From: a virus
Taxonomy: Duplodnaviria > Caudoviricetes
IMG/VR virus record: IMGVR_UViG_3300036846_000351
Location: 1-62,498 of that record
Reading direction: 5' to 3' (one strand)
DNA: 62,498 nucleotides
Of the stretch, positions 56,431-62,498 are shown piece after piece; within the stretch, counting starts at the first letter, position 1; the number at the start of each line of letters is the position of its first letter. Both the position numbers and the translations under genes were made by a program. Below the pieces are notes generated by a model. It was not told the DNA's origin. It searched no databases and saw nothing but the letters and a program-made list of their open reading frames with translations.

Positions 56431-57987
56431 ATGTATGTGACTGCTGACACCAACCACATCGTCGTGCCGTGGCGGGCCGACCTTGCCAACATCATGCCGC
56501 AAGCACGTTCGATCGACTACCAGGGGCAGAAGATGCTGCTGGTGCCCAACGGGCACGCCGAAGCCAAGGTTGCGCGGAACCTGGGTGTGCCGGTCCCGGC
56601 GCCGATCTTTACGCGCTATCGCTGGGCCGGCGGGCAGAAGCCGTGGGAGACGCAAAAGGTCACGTCGGCGTTGCTGACGGAGAGCCCTAGAGCGTATGTC
56701 TTAAATGAGTTTGGAACGGGGAAAACTAGATCGGTCATATGGGCGGCGGACTACCTGCGCCAAGCGGCCAAAGTTGGCCGCGTATTAATCACCGCACCTT
56801 TGTCGACGCTTACCCCCGTTTGGGAAGCTGAACTCTTTAGGCTCTTGCCATTAGCCAGAGTTCAGGTGCTGTACGGCGACAAGCGCCAGCGTCTTGAGCG
56901 TTTAGCAAAAGACGCCGATTACTACATCGTCAATCACCATGGGCTGTCGTTGCTGCGCGACGCACTGATTAAGCGCGGGTTTGATATCTTCGTCATCGAC
57001 GAGCTGGCGATCTTTCGTAATAAATCAACCGACCTGTGGAAGGCAGCCAACGCGATCATCCGCACCAGTGCGGGTATGCAGTATGTGTGGGGCCTGACCG
57101 GCTCGCCGACGCCCAAGGCGGCGACCGACGCCTGGGCGCAGACCATGCTGCTGACGCCCGACCGCACGACCGTCTCGCTGACCCGCTTCAAAGACATGAC
57201 GATGCGGCAGATCACTGGGTTCAAATGGGTTAACCGGCCCCAGGCCCAGGAGATTGTGCAGGAGACCATGCAGCCGAGCGTGCGCTTCGCGCTCTCGGAT
57301 GTGACGGAACTCCCTGCAACCTCGTACCAAACCTATCGGATCGAGTTAGAGGCGCCGACGCGCGCCGCCTACAAGATGCTGTTCGACAAGATGGCGGTGA
57401 TCACCAAGAACGGCGAGAGCGTGACCGCCGTCAATGAGGGAGTGCTGCAATCTAAACTTTTACAGGTCTCCCTCGGCTACATCTATACCGACAAGCGCGG
57501 CACCGTCGCCCTGCCCAACGCCAATCGCTTGGAGCAGCTCCGTGAGCTGGTCGAGCAGACCAGCCGCAAGGTCATCGTCTTTGTGCCCTTTCTGCACGCG
57601 CTCGAAGGCGTCGCTGCCTTTCTGCAAAAGCATACGTCGATCGCGGTTGTGCATGGACAAACTCCGATCGGCGCTCGCAACAAAATCTTTCGCTCATTCC
57701 AAGAAGAATATAAGCCTCATACTATTGTCGCCCATCCCGCTTGTATGTCGCACGGGCTGACGCTGACCGCCGCCAACATGATTGTTTGGTTCGGGCCAGT
57801 AAATAATTACGAAACATACGAGCAGGCCAATGCGAGAATTATCAGACCAGGGCAAACATCAAAAACAATAGTTGCCCATTTAGTGGGCTCTCCGGTCGAG
57901 CGTCTGGCTTACAAGAGACTACAAGAACGTGGTACATTCCAGGGGATGCTCCTGGAATTGTTTCGCCAACAGGAGCTGGAGTTCTGA
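56431..57987 (+). CDS. SNF2-family helicase
   Basis: GTGKT, IDE, LTGSP, HGLTLT, QANARIIRPGQ. Confidence 0.92.
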   Translation: MYVTADTNHIVVPWRADLANIMPQARSIDYQGQKMLLVPNGHAEAKVARNLGVPVPAPIFTRYRWAGGQKPWETQKVTSALLTESPRAYVLNEFGTGKTRSVIWAADYLRQAAKVGRVLITAPLSTLTPVWEAELFRLLPLARVQVLYGDKRQRLERLAKDADYYIVNHHGLSLLRDALIKRGFDIFVIDELAIFRNKSTDLWKAANAIIRTSAGMQYVWGLTGSPTPKAATDAWAQTMLLTPDRTTVSLTRFKDMTMRQITGFKWVNRPQAQEIVQETMQPSVRFALSDVTELPATSYQTYRIELEAPTRAAYKMLFDKMAVITKNGESVTAVNEGVLQSKLLQVSLGYIYTDKRGTVALPNANRLEQLRELVEQTSRKVIVFVPFLHALEGVAAFLQKHTSIAVVHGQTPIGARNKIFRSFQEEYKPHTIVAHPACMSHGLTLTAANMIVWFGPVNNYETYEQANARIIRPGQTSKTIVAHLVGSPVERLAYKRLQERGTFQGMLLELFRQQELEF

Positions 57988-58001
57988 CGGGAGGAAATCG
58001 G

Positions 58002-58886
58002 ATGTCAGACAGCGTACAATTATTGACCCGACCGGAGACCGTGCTCATCCCCAGCGGTCCCAACAAAAGCGGCGACCAACGTCGACGCAATTGGGTGCCG
58101 CTGAAAAACGAACCCGGCACCTTCCGCATGATCCCTAAGTCGAGCCTGGGCGTCGACAACATCTATCAGCGCAAGGTTAACGATCGGCTGATCAGGCGCA
58201 TCATGGGTAACTGGTCGTGGGTGGCGTGCGGCGTGATCGAGGTCTCGACTCGCGACGGCGGCGTGACGTGGTTTATCGTCGACGGTCAACATCGTTGGGA
58301 AGCTGCGAAACACATATCCTCGATCAACAAACTGCCCTGCCTATGCTTCGAGCTGGACAACGTGCGCGACGAAGCTATTGGTTTCCTCGCGGCGAACTCA
58401 GAGCGGCGGCTGCCGTCGCTTGCCGATCAGTTTAAGGCGCTGCTCGTGACCGGCGACCCCAACGCGGTCGTCGCGCACAAGTTGGCGGGACAATTTTCAC
58501 GCGAGATTAAGGCGCCCGCCAGCCCAACCACAGTCTCCTGTGTCTCTGATTTTATGCGTTGCCTCCAGGCAAATCGCGCCGCGATGGAGCGGGTGTTTCC
58601 GATCATGGCCGAGGTATGTCAGGGGCGTATCATGCCAGGGCGACTGTTCCGTGCGATGCACGGGCTAGAGCGCCGAGTCACTAACGGCTCACTCAGCGAT
58701 CCGCGCTGGCGCAAGCGCATCGTCGATATCGGTCTCGACGATATCCTCGACAGTATCCGCGCGATCACTCTGATCGAACACAATGCTGGCGACCGCGCCT
58801 GCGCGCAAGGGTTGCTGCGGGCAATTAATAAACGCGTGCCGTTGCGCGGTCAGTTGCTGGCGAATATGGACATCGTGCGACGGTGA
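58002..58886 (+). CDS. ParB/Srx-fold protein (DGQHR motif, DUF6551-like)
   Basis: VDNIYQR...FIVDGQHRWEAA...EA..F...N; GGAGG RBS. Confidence 0.75.
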   Translation: MSDSVQLLTRPETVLIPSGPNKSGDQRRRNWVPLKNEPGTFRMIPKSSLGVDNIYQRKVNDRLIRRIMGNWSWVACGVIEVSTRDGGVTWFIVDGQHRWEAAKHISSINKLPCLCFELDNVRDEAIGFLAANSERRLPSLADQFKALLVTGDPNAVVAHKLAGQFSREIKAPASPTTVSCVSDFMRCLQANRAAMERVFPIMAEVCQGRIMPGRLFRAMHGLERRVTNGSLSDPRWRKRIVDIGLDDILDSIRAITLIEHNAGDRACAQGLLRAINKRVPLRGQLLANMDIVRR

Positions 58887-59314
58887 GTGATCATCGGCTC
58901 ACCGACGAGGAGCGCAAGCGGCTGATCGCCGCGCTGATCGCCATCGTGCCGGTCAGGCGTGGCGACCCCACGCTGACCGCGTTGGTCAGGAAACTCAGCG
59001 GCACCGATACGGTGGTCATCGTGCGGCGCGAGCCGCCCGACCCGGCCGAGCAGTACGCCTCGACCCCGCCAGCCGAGACGTATCACATGACGCCCGGCGA
59101 GCAGCGAATTATGGACAAGGCGTTGCGTCGATCGACACACCTCGTCACCCCGGCCCCAGCGAGCGACCTGAGCACCGCCGCAAAGGCTTGGTATACACAC
59201 ATCGACCCCCAGCCAACGGTCCACGGCAAAATCCAGGGGCTTGCCGCTGCCCTGGCCGAAGCCAAGGCCGAGCAGCACGCGGCGGATGTGGCGGTAAAGG
59301 GAGGTGAAGAATGA
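58883..59314 (+). CDS. Hypothetical protein
   Basis: GTGA and ATGA overlaps. Confidence 0.6.
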   Translation: MSDHRLTDEERKRLIAALIAIVPVRRGDPTLTALVRKLSGTDTVVIVRREPPDPAEQYASTPPAETYHMTPGEQRIMDKALRRSTHLVTPAPASDLSTAAKAWYTHIDPQPTVHGKIQGLAAALAEAKAEQHAADVAVKGGEE

Positions 59315-59691
59315 CCCCGGCTCAGATGATCGAGAAATACATCGCGCTGCGCAACAAGCTGGCGGAGATCAAGGGCAAGCACATCGACGAGATCACCCCC
59401 TACATCAACCTGATGCAGACCCTGGAGGCCGAGCTGCTGCGCCACCTCAACTCGACCAAGCTCGACGCGATTAACGCACCTCGGGGCACCGCCTACAAGC
59501 AAACGGCGACATCCGTAACAGTAGATGATTGGTCGCAGACGCTAGACTTTATTCGCGACCAGAGATTGTGGGATTTACTTGAGGCACGAGTGGCAAAGAA
59601 CGCGGTGCTCGAAGTCATGGAGCAGACGAAGAAGTCAATTCCGGGGGTGAAGATTTCTCAGGCTGTGGTCTTGCGTGTCCGCGCATCTTAG
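59311..59691 (+). CDS. Conserved replication-module protein
   Basis: Coiled coil, GTAY, DLLEARV, IPGV; GGAGGT RBS. Confidence 0.75.
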   Translation: MTPAQMIEKYIALRNKLAEIKGKHIDEITPYINLMQTLEAELLRHLNSTKLDAINAPRGTAYKQTATSVTVDDWSQTLDFIRDQRLWDLLEARVAKNAVLEVMEQTKKSIPGVKISQAVVLRVRAS

Positions 59692-59739
59692 GTCTTATAA
59701 TATGAGGTTCGTACTCTAGCCCCCTATGGAGACAACCTC

Positions 59740-60915
59740 ATGTCGCTCGTCCCCATTGACAGCGGAGCCGTCCCCGCCGCGTTCTCTGGTCGCAAGTTAT
59801 CAGGCATGTTGGACAACGCCCGTGCCGGGGTGCAAGCCTCGTTCGCTGTCTTGGGCTACAAGGGCCGCAACTGGCGGCTGAAGTATCGCGGTGAGGAAAC
59901 ACTGCTACGTGACGCAAAGGGGATGCCGATCCCCGAGCTGGAGGTAGTGATCGTCGGTGTCGCGCCGTCGGTATCAAAAATCTACTATGTCAAAGCCTAT
60001 GTCGAGGGCGACGACAGCGCGCCCGATTGTTTTAGTCTGGATGGCGTCACCCCCGACGCCGCCGCGCCAAAGAAGCAGAGCCCGACCTGTGGCAACTGCC
60101 CGCACAACCAGTGGGGCTCACGCATTACCGACGCCGGCAAGCGCGCCAAGGAGTGCCAGGATAGCCGGCGCATCGCCGTCGTGCCCATGCTCGACATCAT
60201 GAACGAAAGCCTTGGCGGGCCGATGCTGCTGCGCATCCCACCGACCAGCCTTCCCAACCTCGCCAACTACGCCGACCTGCTCGTTCGCAAGGGCGCCGAT
60301 CTGCCGTGGGTGGGAACTAAGCTGGGGTTCGATTATAACGTGGCGTATCCAAAAATCACCTTCCAAGCGATCGGCTTTCTCAGCGACGAGCAGGCGCAGA
60401 TGGTGGTCGAGGTTATCGAGAACCCGCTCATCGAACGCATGCTGCTCGACGCGGGGCCTATCGAACAGGCTCCCGCTCCGGCGGCGGGCGCTGAGATCGC
60501 AGGCAAGCCGCCGGCGGCAATGCGTACCGCCACCGTCACGCCGATACGCGCGGGCGGTTCACCGGTCCAAGAGCCGCCCGGCCCGCAGGAACCACCGCCG
60601 CCGGAACCGGAACCGGAACCGGAACCGGAACCGGAACCGGAGCCGGAACCCGCACCGGAGCCACAACAGGCTGCTCGCACTACGGTAGTGAACCCCTTCG
60701 CCGCTGCAACCCGACCATCGACCGGAAGCGCCGTCGTGGCCCAAGCCGCCCAAGGTACAGTAGCCGCGCCGGGCGCTGCCCTTGCAGGTGCGGCTGTCGC
60801 ACCCAAGGCGAACGGGCGTGGGCGCCGGGTCGCTTCCGCAACCCAGGCGCCTGCCGCCGCGCCGCCCGATCTGGAGTCGGCGATCAGCGATCTGCTGGAT
60901 GATGTCGCAGGCTAG
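59740..60915 (+). CDS. SSB/annealing-like protein with Cys motifs and a disordered acidic tail
   Basis: PDCFS.DG, CGNCPHNQWGS, LRIPPTSL; ends DLLDDVAG. Confidence 0.7.
   Translation: MSLVPIDSGAVPAAFSGRKLSGMLDNARAGVQASFAVLGYKGRNWRLKYRGEETLLRDAKGMPIPELEVVIVGVAPSVSKIYYVKAYVEGDDSAPDCFSLDGVTPDAAAPKKQSPTCGNCPHNQWGSRITDAGKRAKECQDSRRIAVVPMLDIMNESLGGPMLLRIPPTSLPNLANYADLLVRKGADLPWVGTKLGFDYNVAYPKITFQAIGFLSDEQAQMVVEVIENPLIERMLLDAGPIEQAPAPAAGAEIAGKPPAAMRTATVTPIRAGGSPVQEPPGPQEPPPPEPEPEPEPEPEPEPEPAPEPQQAARTTVVNPFAAATRPSTGSAVVAQAAQGTVAAPGAALAGAAVAPKANGRGRRVASATQAPAAAPPDLESAISDLLDDVAG
60601..60648. repeat. CCGGAA microsatellite (Pro-Glu repeats)
   Basis: 6 perfect units plus 2 further units. Confidence 0.95.
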
Positions 60916-60927
60916 CCTCTGAAACTG

Positions 60928-60958
60928 AGGGGGAGCGGTGCCACCCGCTCCCCCTTTT
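60928..60958 (+). terminator. Intrinsic terminator
   Basis: AGGGGGAGCGG-tgccac-CCGCTCCCCCT followed by TTT. Confidence 0.85.
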
Positions 60959-60977
60959 AACCTCCGAGGCCCGTGCT

Positions 60978-61610
60978 ATGAGCCTGGAAGCTTTTCTTGA
61001 CCGTATGGTAGCGCCGGGTAATTTCCTGGCGGTGGCGTTCAAAGGGGATAAGGGGCTAAGCCATCGCTTCTTCCCTCGTGCCAACGTCGCCGAGGCGGCG
61101 TCATTCATTCATTGGGCCTCAGACGTAGCCCAGATGGATACATGGTACTCGCCAGCGAGTTACAAAACCGCGTCGCTTCGTACCAATAATAAAACCCAGA
61201 AGCAATACTACATAGGCGCCCGCACACAGGCAAACGTCGACCGTCTAAAAACATTCTGGTTCGACGCTGATATTAAGCGCCCCGGTGACGGCAAGGACCC
61301 GAGCAAAGTCTTTGCCAGCGTTAACGACGTAGTGCGCTGGACGCAGGACTTTAGCCGGTCGAGCGGCGTACCCTTGCCTAATGTGTGGGTGCGGTCGGGC
61401 TACGGCATTCATCTTTACTGGACTTTTGCTGACGCTATTGATCGAGCGACCTGGCAACCCCATGCCGAAGCACTTAAGGGCGCGCTGATCGCGCACGGCG
61501 CCAAGGGCGACACGTCGATCGTCGCCGATAGCGCGCGCATCCTGCGCCCGATCGAAACCTTCAACTACAAGGATAAAAGCGCCTCAGTGCCCTGCTATTT
61601 GGTGGTCTAA
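60978..61610 (+). CDS. Archaeo-eukaryotic primase (AEP/RepB-like) catalytic domain
   Basis: FWFDAD, SGYGIHLYW, DSARILRP. Confidence 0.85.
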   Translation: MSLEAFLDRMVAPGNFLAVAFKGDKGLSHRFFPRANVAEAASFIHWASDVAQMDTWYSPASYKTASLRTNNKTQKQYYIGARTQANVDRLKTFWFDADIKRPGDGKDPSKVFASVNDVVRWTQDFSRSSGVPLPNVWVRSGYGIHLYWTFADAIDRATWQPHAEALKGALIAHGAKGDTSIVADSARILRPIETFNYKDKSASVPCYLVV

Positions 61611-62498
61611 ATGTTTGATGACTACCTCAACGCCGAGTTGTTGTCGGCACTGCAAAGGCTCAACCACTACGGTAGTAGCCGCCTCACCGCGACACCGGCC
61701 AAGGGACCAACCAGGCCGGGCTCGATGGCGGCGAACGCCAGGGCCGGGATCAGCGCGCAGCCGCGCGACTTCTCCATGATCGCGCAGCACTGCGGGCAGG
61801 CCCGCCAGTCGCTGATCGAGGGCGGTGCACAGGACGGACGCCAGCTCTGGCACGCGCTGATGACGCTCGCCTTCTTCTGCGAGAACGGACGCGACTGGAG
61901 CCACGCGGTCGGCAAGGACCATCCCAAATACGATACCGCCGACACCGATAAGGAGTTCGACCGGATCGAGGCCGAGCACAAGGCCAAGGGTTTTGGCGCG
62001 ACGCTGTGCGCGACGTTCGAGGCCGAGCGGCCCGCCGTATGCGCCGCGTGCCCGCATAACGGCAAGATAACCTCGCCCTATCAGCTAGGACTCAGGGCGG
62101 GTCCCTATAACCCCAACAACCTGCCGGCGAAGTTCCGCCGCAACAACGGCTGGCTGGAGCGCCTGGTCGACGAGGAATGGCGGCGCGTCGTGCAGGGCGA
62201 TATCAGCGACCCGATCCTCGAAGAAGTTGGGGATCGTTTACGGCTGACCTTTACCTTCACCCGGTCAGACCGCACGACGAAAAGGGTCGTGGTCTATGCT
62301 GACGAGCCAAACTATCGCAGTGGGCGTGAGCTGTTCGAGCAGCATGGCGTCCATCTTCAGATGTTCACTTTCAAACCATTTGTGGATTTGATCTTGGCCT
62401 GGATCGATGAACTGCTGGCCGCGTGCCAGCTCCGCAATGAACCGTTGCCGAGCTTTGGCTGGGCAATGAACGACAAGGGCTACACCGGCTTCGCTGTC
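61611..62498 (+). CDS. N-terminal part of the primase accessory/helicase protein (continues at 236..1678; not in the ORF track)
   Basis: Open from ATG 61611 to the end; HCGQ...LCATF...CAACPH.GKITSP. Confidence 0.85.
   Translation, partial: MFDDYLNAELLSALQRLNHYGSSRLTATPAKGPTRPGSMAANARAGISAQPRDFSMIAQHCGQARQSLIEGGAQDGRQLWHALMTLAFFCENGRDWSHAVGKDHPKYDTADTDKEFDRIEAEHKAKGFGATLCATFEAERPAVCAACPHNGKITSPYQLGLRAGPYNPNNLPAKFRRNNGWLERLVDEEWRRVVQGDISDPILEEVGDRLRLTFTFTRSDRTTKRVVVYADEPNYRSGRELFEQHGVHLQMFTFKPFVDLILAWIDELLAACQLRNEPLPSFGWAMNDKGYTGFAV

Larger units (their letters stand above)
1..62498. mobile_element. Temperate tailed phage genome, circularly assembled, near complete
   Basis: Portal, capsid, terminase, tail, ejection, PolA, helicase, primase and integrase genes with no host housekeeping genes; the ends overlap. 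Confidence 0.95.

Noticed and set aside
62372-62498. Physical direct terminal repeat
   Set aside because: Exactly 127 bp (a common assembler k), mid-gene, and offset from the contig start; better explained as an assembly overlap

Overview
The window looks like the essentially complete, circularly assembled genome (about 62.3 kb, 109..62371) of a GC-rich temperate tailed phage, probably with a short tail (podovirus-like). A GcrA-like gene and the style of its XRE regulators suggest an alphaproteobacterial host. Layout: split AEP primase and DUF927/SF3 helicase crossing the contig junction; P4-like tyrosine integrase, excisionase and HTH regulators (1.9-6.1 kb); a long minus-strand virion operon with portal, scaffold, capsid, adaptors, fibres, tail protein, GNAT and four ejection proteins including a 2300-aa polyvalent protein (6-35 kb); a divergently transcribed terminase followed by a secreted GH26-like glycoside hydrolase (35-40 kb); a strand switch and an AT-rich candidate origin (42.6-44.5 kb); then AAA/VWA, PolA, Cas4-like nuclease, VRR-NUC, SNF2, ParB-like and SSB-like genes (46-61 kb). 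The strongest unexplained signal is a genome-wide palindrome, ACTAC-N(1-2)-GTAGT, with at least 21 perfect copies in all three reading frames and at translation starts. A second, operator-like palindrome (CCTCATAnTATGAGG) sits at promoters. All family assignments are from motif recognition by eye; no database searches were run.
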